64,000 nt of DNA, taken from contig CAYRUS010000001.1 of assembly GCA_964427735.1 (NCBI GenBank), positions 25,856 to 89,855 of the forward strand, written 5' to 3'. Source of the stretch: an uncultured Gammaproteobacteria bacterium. GTDB lineage: Bacteria > Patescibacteriota > Microgenomatia > UBA8517. The position numbers were made by a program, and so were the translations under genes. Below the pieces are notes generated by a model. It saw only the letters and a list, made by a program, of their open reading frames with translations, did not search any database and was not told where the DNA came from. This document shows, one piece after another, positions 49,135 to 59,606 of the stretch. Every line of letters starts with the position of its first letter. The first letter of the stretch is position 1.

Positions 49135-49163
49135 TTGACTAATTCGGGTTTTATTAGTATTGT
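49135..49163 (+). promoter_or_regulatory. lexA promoter with degenerate operator
   Basis: TTGACT, 17 nt, TATTGT; TTCGG GTTTTA TTAGT at 49143-49158. Confidence 0.6.
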
Positions 49164-49190
49164 ATTTTTAATTAATTATTTTGAATCCCT

Positions 49191-49811
49191 ATGCCACCAG
49201 TAGTTTATAAAAGACAACGACAAATTTTAGATTTTATTAAGCAGCACATCCAGTCTAACGGAACTGCTCCTACACTAAGGCAAATTGCAGATGCAATTGG
49301 AGTTTCTTCTCTTGCTACTGTTCATGAACACCTTACAGCATTAGAGCAAAAGAAATTAATTAAAAGAAAAAGTGGAAAGACAAGAGCAATTGAGCTTGTT
49401 AATGATGAAATAAACTTCTCTCCAGAGGGTGTTGAAGTTCCAATTCTGGGATACATAGCAGCAGGTGAACCACTAGAGCCACATACAGATCCAAATGCAA
49501 CAATTTCTATTCCTCCAACTTTTAGTTCTTCTAAAAAGAGAGTTTTTGTTTTGCAAGTAAGAGGTGAATCCATGATAGAAGAACAAATAAGAGACGGTGA
49601 TTTTGTAGTTGTTGAGCAAACAGATGAAGTCAAAAATGGTGAGATTGTGGTAGCACTTTTGGAGACAGGAATGGCTACTCTAAAAAGATATTACAAAGAG
49701 GCAACCAGAATTAGGCTAGAACCAGCCAACTCATCAATGAGTCCGATCTTTGCCAAGAATGTGTCTGTACAAGGTAAAGTTGTCGGGCTAATTAGGAAGT
49801 ATAAAAATTAG
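49191..49811 (+). CDS. lexA: SOS repressor LexA
   Basis: wHTH (PTLRQIA...VHEHL), IAAG cleavage site, GESM Ser, ATLKR Lys. Confidence 0.97.
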   Translation: MPPVVYKRQRQILDFIKQHIQSNGTAPTLRQIADAIGVSSLATVHEHLTALEQKKLIKRKSGKTRAIELVNDEINFSPEGVEVPILGYIAAGEPLEPHTDPNATISIPPTFSSSKKRVFVLQVRGESMIEEQIRDGDFVVVEQTDEVKNGEIVVALLETGMATLKRYYKEATRIRLEPANSSMSPIFAKNVSVQGKVVGLIRKYKN

Positions 49812-49833
49812 TCTCTTAAAATCATAGTTCACT

Positions 49834-50357
49834 AAAGATAAGTACTCCTTGTTTCATCTATCTCTTCATCACTTATATCCAGAAAAGAATAGGCCACATT
49901 CACAATTGCACGCTTTAATATAAACCCATTAAATGTAGTGATATTACTTCCTTTAATGATTCTTATTTCATCTGATTGGTTTTCACTCATCTCCTGAATA
50001 ATCGGTATGACGTCTAACTCAGATACTAATACTTTATCATCTGTTGTATCGATCAGCTGTCCTTCTTCATATGTATTGGATCTTCTTTGAACATCTCTTC
50101 AGATAAACAACGTGTATATTTGAAGTTATACCTATTTCTATAAGCTCACTTTTCAACCTTTCCATTTGCGAATATAATTGTATCTGCTTAGCTTCATTTA
50201 GAGATACTCTAGATTCGTGCAATAAATCACCCAATAGGATAACAATCTATATACAAATTCCCCTTATCTTTCGGCTTCTAAAATTAGAGTTTAAAAATTC
50301 ACTCGATGGTCTCCGAGGGATTGGATTGTGGTCATATCTTGTTTTATATTCTGCCAT
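49834..50357 (-). pseudogene. Possible degraded gene
   Basis: TGcTAAAAT then ATG at 50357, early stop, and a separate long open frame ending at 49834. Confidence 0.35.
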
Positions 50358-50412
50358 AAAAGATGATTTTAGCATTCTTATGGGGTAAATAATATTTCTC
50401 TGTAGACAATAA

Positions 50413-52071
50413 TTAAATCACACCTTTCAAAAGATTTCTTCCTGTCATCTCTGAAGGAATTGAGATACCAAGCAATGACAGCACTGTAGGAGCAATATCA
50501 GCCAATATTCCTCCTTGAAGCATCAGAGACTTTCCAGTGAACTCTTTTGATATAGCAATAAACGGTACTGGATTCGATGTATGTTCTGTTTCAATAGCAC
50601 CTGAACTTGTATTAATCATTTCCTCTGCATTGCCATGATCAGCTGTTATTAATAAAGTCCCACCAAAGGCTAAAACATAATTTGCCAGCTTTCCTATACA
50701 CTCATCAACAACCTCACAAGCTCGTACTGCAGGACCAATGCTTCCAGTATGGGCAACCATGTCTGCATTGGCAAAATTAATTAATACAAATGAGTAATTA
50801 TTATTTTTTGTTTGTTCGATGAGTCTATCCGTTAACTCATGGGCTGACATTTCCGGTTTGTTATCATATGTTTCAACATCAGGACTCGGAGCAATAATTC
50901 TTTCTTCTAATGGGAAAATTTCCTCTCTCATACCATTAAAATAAAATGTTACAAATCTCTCCTTTTCTGATTCTGCCATTCGAAGTTGTTTGTGACCATT
51001 TATATTTAATACTCTGCCCAGAGGCATATTTATAATTTCTGGAGGAAAAGCTATATGCACCCCATTTTTGGCAAGTTGTTTTGAGTATTCTGTCATTGTG
51101 ACAAAAAATAAATTAGATAAGACTTTTTCTCTCTGAAAAGTTCCTCCATTTCTTTTTGATTTTATTTGGTGTTTTTTTTCGTATTCGACCATAAATGGAT
51201 CAAAATCTTGTTCTGCTCCGGAAACTTCAAAATCTTTTAAAACAAATGCTTTAGCTAGTTGTCTAGGCCTGTCTATCCTAAAGTTGAAAAAAATAACTGA
51301 GTCATTGTCTTTTATTAAAGAAACAGGTTTCCCGTCTGATGTGGAAATAATAGAAGGCTCGATAAATTCATCTGTTTTTCCTTGAGAGTAAGAAAGTTCT
51401 ATTGCCTCTTCTGGAGTTTTTACTAGATGTCCTTTGCCTTGAGTCAATGCATCATAGGCTGCCCTTGTCCTCTCCCAACGCATGTCTCGATCCATTGCCC
51501 AATACCTACCCATAAGACTTGCAATTTGACCTGTTCTTTCTCTTTTTATTACCTCTCTTATTTTGTTTATATATGTAAGTGATGAGGTGGGTGGAGAATC
51601 TCTACCATCAGTAAATAAGTGTAGATACAATTTATCAAAATTTTCCTGTTTTACTAATCTAATTAGTGCAAAAAGGTGCTCAATATTTGAATGCACGCCA
51701 CCTGCACCAGTTAATCCCATTATATGCAAATCAGAATTATTGGTTTTAGCATGATTTATTGCATTTATTAGTACTTGATTACTAAAAAATGTACCATCTG
51801 CAATAGACATATTTATTCTCGCAACATCTTGATAAACAATCATTCCTGCTCCAATATTAAGATGTCCTGTTTCAGTATTACCTGGTTCACCACGAGGTAA
51901 ACCTACTGCTTGTCCTGAGGCTGTAAGAAGTGTATGTGGGTAAGCTGCCCAGAATCTATCAATATTTATAGTTCGCGCCTGATAAATAGCATTACCAGGA
52001 CCGGGAGGAGCTGATCCCCATCCATCCAAAACTGCGAGTATAACAGGCTTTCTTCCATCATTGCTGTCCAT
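50413..52071 (-). CDS. gpmI: 2,3-bisphosphoglycerate-independent phosphoglycerate mutase
   Basis: LDGWG, GNTETGH, DGRD, GRYWAMDRD, ADHGNAE. Confidence 0.97.
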   Translation of the reverse strand: MDSNDGRKPVILAVLDGWGSAPPGPGNAIYQARTINIDRFWAAYPHTLLTASGQAVGLPRGEPGNTETGHLNIGAGMIVYQDVARINMSIADGTFFSNQVLINAINHAKTNNSDLHIMGLTGAGGVHSNIEHLFALIRLVKQENFDKLYLHLFTDGRDSPPTSSLTYINKIREVIKRERTGQIASLMGRYWAMDRDMRWERTRAAYDALTQGKGHLVKTPEEAIELSYSQGKTDEFIEPSIISTSDGKPVSLIKDNDSVIFFNFRIDRPRQLAKAFVLKDFEVSGAEQDFDPFMVEYEKKHQIKSKRNGGTFQREKVLSNLFFVTMTEYSKQLAKNGVHIAFPPEIINMPLGRVLNINGHKQLRMAESEKERFVTFYFNGMREEIFPLEERIIAPSPDVETYDNKPEMSAHELTDRLIEQTKNNNYSFVLINFANADMVAHTGSIGPAVRACEVVDECIGKLANYVLAFGGTLLITADHGNAEEMINTSSGAIETEHTSNPVPFIAISKEFTGKSLMLQGGILADIAPTVLSLLGISIPSEMTGRNLLKGVI

Positions 52072-53344
52072 TTTGAGGTTTAGAGTATGACAATTCTGTC
52101 TCAATACTCAAAAGTCTGTTATATTTTGCAACTCTTTCTCCTCTTGCAGGAGCACCAAATTTTACATAGTCTGCTCCTACCCCAACAGAGAAATCAGCAA
52201 TAAACCAATCATTAGTTTCTCCAGATCTATGGGAAACTATTACTTTCCAGTTTGCATCTCTTGCCATTTTTATGACTCTTAATGTCTCTGTAACTGTTCC
52301 TATTTGATTTGGTTTTACAAGTACAGCATTGCAAGCATTTTCTTTTATTGCTTTACTCACGCGCTTTTCATTAGTTGCCAAAAGATCATCTCCTACCACA
52401 ACAACTTGTCCGCCTAAAGCTGCATTTAACTTTTTCCAACTATCCCAGGCATCTTCGTGGTAAGGATCTTCCAACATTGCCAAGTGGTAGTTGTTGTTTA
52501 GGGTTTTATAAAATTCAAGCATGTCTTCGTCATCCATGGGGGTCGTCTTGTCTCTAATAACATACTCACCATTTTTATAAAAGACAGATGCAGCGACATC
52601 TAATCCAAAAAACACATCACGTCCAAGTGAATAACCAGCTTCTCTAATTGATTCTACAAGAACCTCGAAAGCATCAGCGTTTGTAAACAAATTAGGTGCG
52701 TATCCACCTTCATCACCCACAGAGTGAATTGCATTTTTTCTTTCGAGATTTTCACCTACTGTCATATATATTTCAACAGCACTTTGTAAACCCTCGCTAT
52801 AAGTTTTGTTTGATGCTGGTATAACCCAAAACTCCTGAAAATCCAAGTTTCCTGCTCCATGAAGCCCACCATTAATCATGTTAAAAGTAGGTGTGGGAAT
52901 CTTGTATGAAGGCTGGAGTCCTATTTGTCTTGCCATGTCTGCTACTCTTTCATACACACTCACTCCTAAAGCTGCCGCAGAAGCTTTTGTAACTGCTTCT
53001 GAAATTGAAAGTATCGCATTTGCTCCTAATTTGGATTTGTTTTCAGTACCATCTTCTCTAATCATGATTGCATCAATATCATGCTGATTCACTGGATCCT
53101 GACCAACAATCCTCGGTCCTAAAACTCTATTTACATTCTCAACTGCTTTGGTAACACCCTTTCCCTTGAATCTTTCACTAATGTTGTCTCTTAACTCTAG
53201 AGCTTCGTGCGTACCAGTAGATTCACCTGAAGGAACAGAAGAAACAGAAATATACCCTGTATCCAATTGACAAGCAGTCTCTACCGTAGGTCTTCCTCGG
53301 GAGTCTAATATTTCTCTAGCCCAAATTCTCGCTATCTTAGCCAT
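52058..53344 (-). CDS. eno: Enolase
   Basis: REILDSRG, DFQEF, GDEGG, KPNQIG, SHRSGET. Confidence 0.98.
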   Translation of the reverse strand: MAKIARIWAREILDSRGRPTVETACQLDTGYISVSSVPSGESTGTHEALELRDNISERFKGKGVTKAVENVNRVLGPRIVGQDPVNQHDIDAIMIREDGTENKSKLGANAILSISEAVTKASAAALGVSVYERVADMARQIGLQPSYKIPTPTFNMINGGLHGAGNLDFQEFWVIPASNKTYSEGLQSAVEIYMTVGENLERKNAIHSVGDEGGYAPNLFTNADAFEVLVESIREAGYSLGRDVFFGLDVAASVFYKNGEYVIRDKTTPMDDEDMLEFYKTLNNNYHLAMLEDPYHEDAWDSWKKLNAALGGQVVVVGDDLLATNEKRVSKAIKENACNAVLVKPNQIGTVTETLRVIKMARDANWKVIVSHRSGETNDWFIADFSVGVGADYVKFGAPARGERVAKYNRLLSIETELSYSKPQNGQQ

Positions 53345-53346
53345 TT

Positions 53347-55629
53347 TTATCTACCTGTTACTAGTTTTTCTTCAGCATCCATTATCGCTCCTCTAGCTCT
53401 GTTTATGGCATCTGGGTTAACAGAAATGCTAGTTATTCCATATCTCACCAGTTTTTCTATCAACCCATCGTAAACAGAGACTGATTGTCCACAAATTGAT
53501 GATGTAATCCCATATTTTTTGCAAGTTTTAATTGTTCTTCTTAAGGCCCACATAACCGCTTTTGATTGCTCATCAAATGCCTGAGCAACCTCAGCATTAT
53601 CTCGATCTGTTCCAGATATAAGCATAGTTAAATCGTTTGAACCAATTGATACTCCGTCAATTCCAACATCAATAAAGTCTTTAAGTTGGATAACATTAAC
53701 AGGCAATTCAACCATCATCCAGAATTTAAAGCTGGATTCTTCAAATAAACCTTCTGTGGCAACAATCCTTCTTACTTGTCTAAGTTCTTCTGGAGATCGT
53801 ACAAAAGGAATCATAATCCAAAGATTTTTGTACTTTTGTCTTACTTTTTTAATTGCTCTTAATTCAAGCGTAAATACTTCTGGATTAGAAATGTATCTAT
53901 AAGCACCTCTATAACCAAGCATTGGGTTTGGTTCCTCAGGTTCCCAGGTCTTTCCTCCGGGAAGAGATCTATACTCATTTGTCTTGAAATCTGTTGCTCT
54001 GTAAACTACCGGACGATCTCCAAAAGCTTTGGCAAATCTCTCTAGATCCTTAGCTAATTTATCAACAAATCCTTCTTGTTTTTTCTCCTTAATAGCTTCT
54101 CGTGGGTGAATTCCAATGTTTGCAATCATAAATTCAGCTCTTAGAAGACCGACCCCATCAACATTTTGTTTTGCCATCTTACTAGCTAACTCAGGTTCTG
54201 CTAAATTGACATACAATTTTGTTGCTGTCTTTTTGGTTATTATTTTTTCTTTTGGCTTTTGGCTCTCCGACTTTATTTTGATGTTGCTTCCCAAGTACAC
54301 AAGTCCACGGCTGCCATCAACAGTTACAACATCTCCTTCTTTTAAGTTTTGAGTTGCATTCCCAGTCCCTACCACACATGGAACCCCTAATTCTCTTGAT
54401 ACAATGGCAGCATGAGAAGTCAATCCACCCTCGTTTGTGATAATGGCAGAAGCCTTTTTCATTGCTGGAACAAAGTCAGGAGAAGTCATTTCAGCAACAA
54501 GAACATCTCCCTGTGAGACCTTTTTTAACTCTTTAGGATTTCGCACAATCCTAACATGACCTGTTCCCACTCCCGGGCTTGCAGGTGTACCTGTAAGTCG
54601 TGGTAATTCTGCTGTTTCATATCCATCAGCAGCTTCCTGTTTTGATTTATGCACCTTTTCAATAGTTGTTATTGGCCTTGTCTGGGTTATATAGAGTTTC
54701 TTTCCTTCTTTTGCCCATTCTATATCTTGTGGATGGTAATAGTGTTTTTGAAGTTTGTCAGCAAATTTAGCTAAAGTTACAATTTCATTATCACTAAGCT
54801 TTCTAAGATCAACCATATATTTAGGTACATTCCTTTCCTTTGTTACTGAACCTTTACGACTAAGCATAATTCTCTGATCAGAAACCTTTTTAGAAAGAAT
54901 TGCAAAAGTATCTTTTTGGACTACATATCGATCAGGAACTACTTGTCCTTGCACAATCATTTCCCCAAGTCCCCAGACAGCTTCAATAACTATTCTTTCT
55001 TTGTCGTTTGTTACAGGATCAATGCTAAACATAACCCCTGAGCTATCAGACTGAACCATTTTTTGGACTATTACAGAAATTTTTACTTTTTCGTGAAGAA
55101 TCCTATTCTCAACGCGGTAAAAAATTGCTCTGGCGGTAAAAAGTGAGGCCCATGCCTCTCTCACAATATGAAGCAAGTTAGCTTCACCTTTGATATTTAA
55201 AAATGAAGCCATCTGTCCTGCGAAGCTTGCTGTCGGTAAATCCTCAGCAGTAGCACTCGACCTTACTGCAACATAGCTATTTCTAAATCTTCCTGACAAA
55301 CGTTTGTAAGCTTTAAAGATTTCTTTTGTCACCTCGTGTGGAACTTCACTTTTTGTAATTAATCTTTGAATCCCTTCCGCGGTTCTTTGAAGCTCTTCCG
55401 AATTTTCTACATCTACAGATTCAAGTCTGCTATAAATTTCTTCAGCAAGGTTATTTTCTTTTAGGAAAATATCATAACCTTCTACTGTAACTGCGAAACC
55501 ATTGGGGACAGGGAAACCTTCCCTAACCATCTCTCCCAAGTTTGCAGCTTTACCTCCTACCAAAGGTAGGCTGTCTTTGTCTATATCTTTAAAAAATGCA
55601 ACTATTGGAATTTGCTTTTGGGCAGCCAT
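53347..55629 (-). CDS. ppsA: Phosphoenolpyruvate synthase (pyruvate, water dikinase)
   Basis: GGKAANLGE, RSSATAED, TSHAAIVSRE, GLLRAEF, NPMLGYRG. Confidence 0.97.
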   Translation of the reverse strand: MAAQKQIPIVAFFKDIDKDSLPLVGGKAANLGEMVREGFPVPNGFAVTVEGYDIFLKENNLAEEIYSRLESVDVENSEELQRTAEGIQRLITKSEVPHEVTKEIFKAYKRLSGRFRNSYVAVRSSATAEDLPTASFAGQMASFLNIKGEANLLHIVREAWASLFTARAIFYRVENRILHEKVKISVIVQKMVQSDSSGVMFSIDPVTNDKERIVIEAVWGLGEMIVQGQVVPDRYVVQKDTFAILSKKVSDQRIMLSRKGSVTKERNVPKYMVDLRKLSDNEIVTLAKFADKLQKHYYHPQDIEWAKEGKKLYITQTRPITTIEKVHKSKQEAADGYETAELPRLTGTPASPGVGTGHVRIVRNPKELKKVSQGDVLVAEMTSPDFVPAMKKASAIITNEGGLTSHAAIVSRELGVPCVVGTGNATQNLKEGDVVTVDGSRGLVYLGSNIKIKSESQKPKEKIITKKTATKLYVNLAEPELASKMAKQNVDGVGLLRAEFMIANIGIHPREAIKEKKQEGFVDKLAKDLERFAKAFGDRPVVYRATDFKTNEYRSLPGGKTWEPEEPNPMLGYRGAYRYISNPEVFTLELRAIKKVRQKYKNLWIMIPFVRSPEELRQVRRIVATEGLFEESSFKFWMMVELPVNVIQLKDFIDVGIDGVSIGSNDLTMLISGTDRDNAEVAQAFDEQSKAVMWALRRTIKTCKKYGITSSICGQSVSVYDGLIEKLVRYGITSISVNPDAINRARGAIMDAEEKLVTGR

Positions 55630-55741
55630 TTCTACTTAATAATATGGTAGAAAATGAAAGATAGCAAGTTGATTTGCATTAAAGTAAATAATACTAATAT
55701 TGTACGACTACCTTGCAGGGAGTCTCCTTGAAAGGATGACC

Positions 55742-56812
55742 TTAATTTTTTAGTTTTTCTTTGAAATAATCAACCCAAGGAATTGGCCCTGGATCGATTC
55801 CATAAAGAATTGCCAAATAAAATTGAACATATGACCCATATATTAAGATCTCAAATACATCTTCTAACTTTGAAGTCCCTTGGGTTTTATAAATACCAGT
55901 AGCTATCTCATTTTTTTCAATTACTTCCCTGGTAATTGGGTATCTCTTTTTTATTAGTTCAGAATAATTGTCTGATTCTATAAATAGAAAATATAAAAGG
56001 TCCCGCATTTGAACAGGATAACGAAGTCCTTCTAACAAATGATGGTTCGCCTCAGGGATATCAAAACTGGCACTAAAAGTCTTTGCTGTTTCATTCAATT
56101 GGTTTTTTAACACATGAGCAGAACCAACCAAATGATCACTTGAAATTAAAACAGGTATCTTACCCAAAAGTTTTCTAGCCTGAAGCTTGGCTAGATTTTC
56201 CCTCTCCGGCACTTCGATTCCAAAATGCTTTGAGTAATTAGACATTTTAGTAACCAAGGAACTCATTTCACCATTTGTAAGATGTATAAATGAACATCTA
56301 GATAAAAGACCAATTATTGCAGAAATAGAATATCCTAATGCCAATCTGGGTTGTCCGCTAGGATTCTCTACTGGATCAAAAATATATGCAGGAATGTCCT
56401 CTTTTTTTGCAATTTCAGATAGTTTTCCACCTGTTGTAACTACAAATAATGCAGCTTTTTTATTGTAAGCATCATAAAAACCAGATACAGTTTCTTCAGT
56501 GTTACCCGAGTAAGAAGAAATTACAACTAAAGTTTTAGGTCCTACGTAATTTGGTATGTGATACTCTGTGAATACTTCGATTGGAACCCTTGCTCTATGC
56601 TGAATTAATGAATCAATAACCCTGCCACCTAATGCAGATCCACCCATACCAGCTATGACAACATTGCTTACTGTACTACACGAAGAAGGTATCTCTTCTT
56701 GGGTAATTTCCTTCCACGATTGTTCTACTTGACTAGGTATCAATTTAATCGATTCATAAACACCTAAATTATCTAGCTTTCTTATTTCGTCTATATTATC
56801 TAGATTAACCAT
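55742..56812 (-). CDS. Bifunctional phosphoglucose/phosphomannose isomerase (SIS type)
   Basis: GMGGSALGG, SYSGNTEET, QPR, KNQLNETAK, PEANH. Confidence 0.92.
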   Translation of the reverse strand: MVNLDNIDEIRKLDNLGVYESIKLIPSQVEQSWKEITQEEIPSSCSTVSNVVIAGMGGSALGGRVIDSLIQHRARVPIEVFTEYHIPNYVGPKTLVVISSYSGNTEETVSGFYDAYNKKAALFVVTTGGKLSEIAKKEDIPAYIFDPVENPSGQPRLALGYSISAIIGLLSRCSFIHLTNGEMSSLVTKMSNYSKHFGIEVPERENLAKLQARKLLGKIPVLISSDHLVGSAHVLKNQLNETAKTFSASFDIPEANHHLLEGLRYPVQMRDLLYFLFIESDNYSELIKKRYPITREVIEKNEIATGIYKTQGTSKLEDVFEILIYGSYVQFYLAILYGIDPGPIPWVDYFKEKLKN

Positions 56813-58139
56813 TTTTTATAATTTTATTAACTAATTCAATTCCTTGTGACAAAAGTTCTTTTGACCTTGATTCAGAAGTGCTTTCTACAAATACCCTAAA
56901 TTCAGGAGCATTTGTTGATGATCTAAAAAGAATCCATGTATTTTCATTCATCCATATTTTAAGTCCATCTGTTTCGTCTATTTTCTCTCCTTTAAATTTT
57001 TCTTTTGCTTTTTCGATTATTTTATCTTTCATTTCCCATTTGAAATCAACTTTGTCACGAGAGATGTAAAATTTTGGATATCCCATTACAAGTTCTGATA
57101 AAGTTTTCCCTAATTCTGCTAGTATATTAATAATTTCTATTGTGGTTCTGCCCCCGTCACGACTCATCATATCTTTAAATATCCCACCACCATTTGCTTC
57201 AAAGCCAAAATTCGCTCCTACACTTTTCATCTTTGATATTACTTGTGAAGAGCCTACTTTTGTGCGATAAACAGTCTTTCCAATCATCTCAACAACTTGT
57301 GATGAGTTTATTGGAGTTACAACATTGTCTCCGTCTGTGTGTTCAGAAATAATAGAACCTGTGTAGTCCCCAGGTATAAACACTCCATTTTCATCAATAA
57401 AAATAGCTCTGTCTCCATCAGAATCATATCCAATTCCAAAATCTGCTCCTGCCTCTTTTACCTTCTCTTGCAGTTCTTTAAAATCCCCTTGTACTTCTGT
57501 GTCTCTTGAATAAAATTCATTTTGTATGCTTGCATTAATTTCTATTACATTTAAACCTATTTTCTCTAAAACCCAAGGCATTACATCAGACTGTGCGCCA
57601 TTACCAGGATCAACTACTACTCGGTATCTTGGCATTTCTTCACTGGCTTTTCCTACGAGATAGTTTTGATATTCTTCCTTTGCTGAATTGTCTTTTTCAG
57701 GAACACCAATTTCTCTAAATTCCACTTTTTCAGAAATTATAAGATATTCTTCTTCAAGTTCTTTTTCATGCTCTTTCATGATTTCTTCTCCGAAAGCAAA
57801 AAGCTTAACACCATTTAAATGAGGTTTTATGTGGCTTCCTGATATCATCAAACTACCTGCTAAATATGGTTTAGCTATTAATATATAGTTAACAGCAGGT
57901 ATGGGAATTACTCCTTGGTCCAAAACATCATAACCTTCATACATCAATCCAGAAGAAATTGCTTTTTTTATTCTAGGGCTTGATTCTCTTGGGTCCATTC
58001 CAATAGCAACCTCACCTCTTCGATTATGATTTTTTAGAAACTTTCCAAATGCCCTTCCGACATCAAAAGAGAATTGATTCGTAAAGAGCTTCTCTGCGTC
58101 ACCACGAATTCCAGTGGTACCGAACTGAAGCTTAGCCAT
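56805..58139 (-). CDS. Alpha-D-phosphohexomutase (PGM/PMM/GlmM family)
   Basis: FGTTGIRG, ISGSH, DSDGDR, FEANGG, RSSTNAP. Confidence 0.92.
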   Translation of the reverse strand: MAKLQFGTTGIRGDAEKLFTNQFSFDVGRAFGKFLKNHNRRGEVAIGMDPRESSPRIKKAISSGLMYEGYDVLDQGVIPIPAVNYILIAKPYLAGSLMISGSHIKPHLNGVKLFAFGEEIMKEHEKELEEEYLIISEKVEFREIGVPEKDNSAKEEYQNYLVGKASEEMPRYRVVVDPGNGAQSDVMPWVLEKIGLNVIEINASIQNEFYSRDTEVQGDFKELQEKVKEAGADFGIGYDSDGDRAIFIDENGVFIPGDYTGSIISEHTDGDNVVTPINSSQVVEMIGKTVYRTKVGSSQVISKMKSVGANFGFEANGGGIFKDMMSRDGGRTTIEIINILAELGKTLSELVMGYPKFYISRDKVDFKWEMKDKIIEKAKEKFKGEKIDETDGLKIWMNENTWILFRSSTNAPEFRVFVESTSESRSKELLSQGIELVNKIIKNG

Positions 58140-58143
58140 TAAT

Positions 58144-58821
58144 TCATTCTAGGCTTCTGATGAATAAAAGGTCAAGAGAGTCAATTAACTTAGCATTGGA
58201 TTGTTTTACTTCCATGTCAATTCTTGCTAACTCATCTATTACTTTTTTAATTTTTTCTTTGCCAAGTTTTAAAGCCTGAACTTTTAATTTCTTAACTCTC
58301 CAGTCGGGATAAATCATACTTTTTTCATCAACTAATACCCAATATAAATCCCGAAGGTGCCTTCCAAATAAAAATACTATTAATTCTACTGGCTCCTTTT
58401 TAATTAGTTCATGAAACTCAGCCAACACGTTTTTTGTGTTACCTGGAATAAAACTATCAAGAAATTTAAAAATGTTCGCTGATAGATCATATTTTTCAAC
58501 CTTAGACACTGAAGGAAGTTTTTTTATAGTACTAGCATTAACTTCTCCTTCATTATAAATAATAAGAGTAGCGTTTATATTATTTTCATTTTCTTGTAGC
58601 CATTTATAATCCTTTGGTGCTACTGAATTTACACCGTCTACTATAAATAATTTTTTATCATCAAATAAACTAATTGCTGTTAATTCTTCTTTTAAGGTAT
58701 CAGTATCTTTTTTCCCAAATCTCCCTATTTGCCAGCCTCTTTTTCTACCTGAGTCTACAAATGTATTTATTCTTTGATGAATTTTAGGAGTATTGTCTCC
58801 ATGAACTAAAATAAGTTTCAT
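58144..58821 (-). CDS. holA: DNA polymerase III delta subunit (short)
   Basis: LILVHGD, SLFDDKKLFIV, IFKFLD, LARIDMEVKQ. Confidence 0.7.
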   Translation of the reverse strand: MKLILVHGDNTPKIHQRINTFVDSGRKRGWQIGRFGKKDTDTLKEELTAISLFDDKKLFIVDGVNSVAPKDYKWLQENENNINATLIIYNEGEVNASTIKKLPSVSKVEKYDLSANIFKFLDSFIPGNTKNVLAEFHELIKKEPVELIVFLFGRHLRDLYWVLVDEKSMIYPDWRVKKLKVQALKLGKEKIKKVIDELARIDMEVKQSNAKLIDSLDLLFIRSLE

Positions 58822-59222
58822 TTTTTCTTATTGTAAGCTGACATTAAGTTTCTTACTCTGTCTTCAAAGTTTCTTTTGCCTTTTCTTGTATGTGGTAATA
58901 AACTGCCTGAAAAGTTCCTTGGGATATGAGCTAACTCGTGCATTAAAACTTCATCCTGTCTTTTCTTAGGTAAACGATCAAATTCTTCTGATAAAACTTC
59001 AATAACATACGCAGGTTTTATCTCAAGTGCCTGCTGCCATACGCGAGGTAAACCCCATATTCGTGCATACACTCTTGCAGTTGAATTTTTAGATCGGTAA
59101 CAAAAGATCCTATCTATATCCAACCATCCTTCACCAACACTATCTGCTATTTTTTCTATTCTTATTTTTATGTCAACTGCTTCTTCCCAAACCAGTTTTT
59201 CTGTTTTCTTTTTCCTTCTCAT
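58818..59222 (-). CDS. Predicted Zn metallopeptidase (HExxH)
   Basis: ARIWGL...YVIEV..E.F...HELAHIP..FSG. Confidence 0.8.
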   Translation of the reverse strand: MRRKKKTEKLVWEEAVDIKIRIEKIADSVGEGWLDIDRIFCYRSKNSTARVYARIWGLPRVWQQALEIKPAYVIEVLSEEFDRLPKKRQDEVLMHELAHIPRNFSGSLLPHTRKGKRNFEDRVRNLMSAYNKKK

Positions 59223-59225
59223 ACA

Positions 59226-59501
59226 CTAGACAACTTTAAAGATATTTGATCCTGGAATTACTTTTCTTTCTGCTACTAAAGCAACTGTCATACCGCTTTT
59301 TGCAGATTGAATACTGCTATTTTCTACTTTTATAGTGTTTACTTTTTGAATAAATGAGTATTCATCTGATTCAACTTTTATCATTTCACCTACTCCTAAA
59401 TCAGCTTTGAGGTCTACTATCATTAGATTTGATTTTTCATAGTAATATTTTACTTTTCCTACTTTGTATAAAACCGAGACGCTTTTATTTATTTCTTCCA
59501 T
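59226..59501 (-). CDS. Small translation-factor-type beta-barrel protein
   Basis: VGKVKYYY...FIQKV..I......AKSG pattern, like EF-Tu domain II or the U32 C-terminal barrel. Confidence 0.6.
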   Translation of the reverse strand: MEEINKSVSVLYKVGKVKYYYEKSNLMIVDLKADLGVGEMIKVESDEYSFIQKVNTIKVENSSIQSAKSGMTVALVAERKVIPGSNIFKVV

Positions 59502-59606
59502 TAATGATTTTCACTAAACTATCCATAAACTTATATTTTCAGCAAACTTACTGCCATTATATTATCAGGCACTTGTATATACAAATAAAAAGAAAGAAGC
59601 AAGTTA

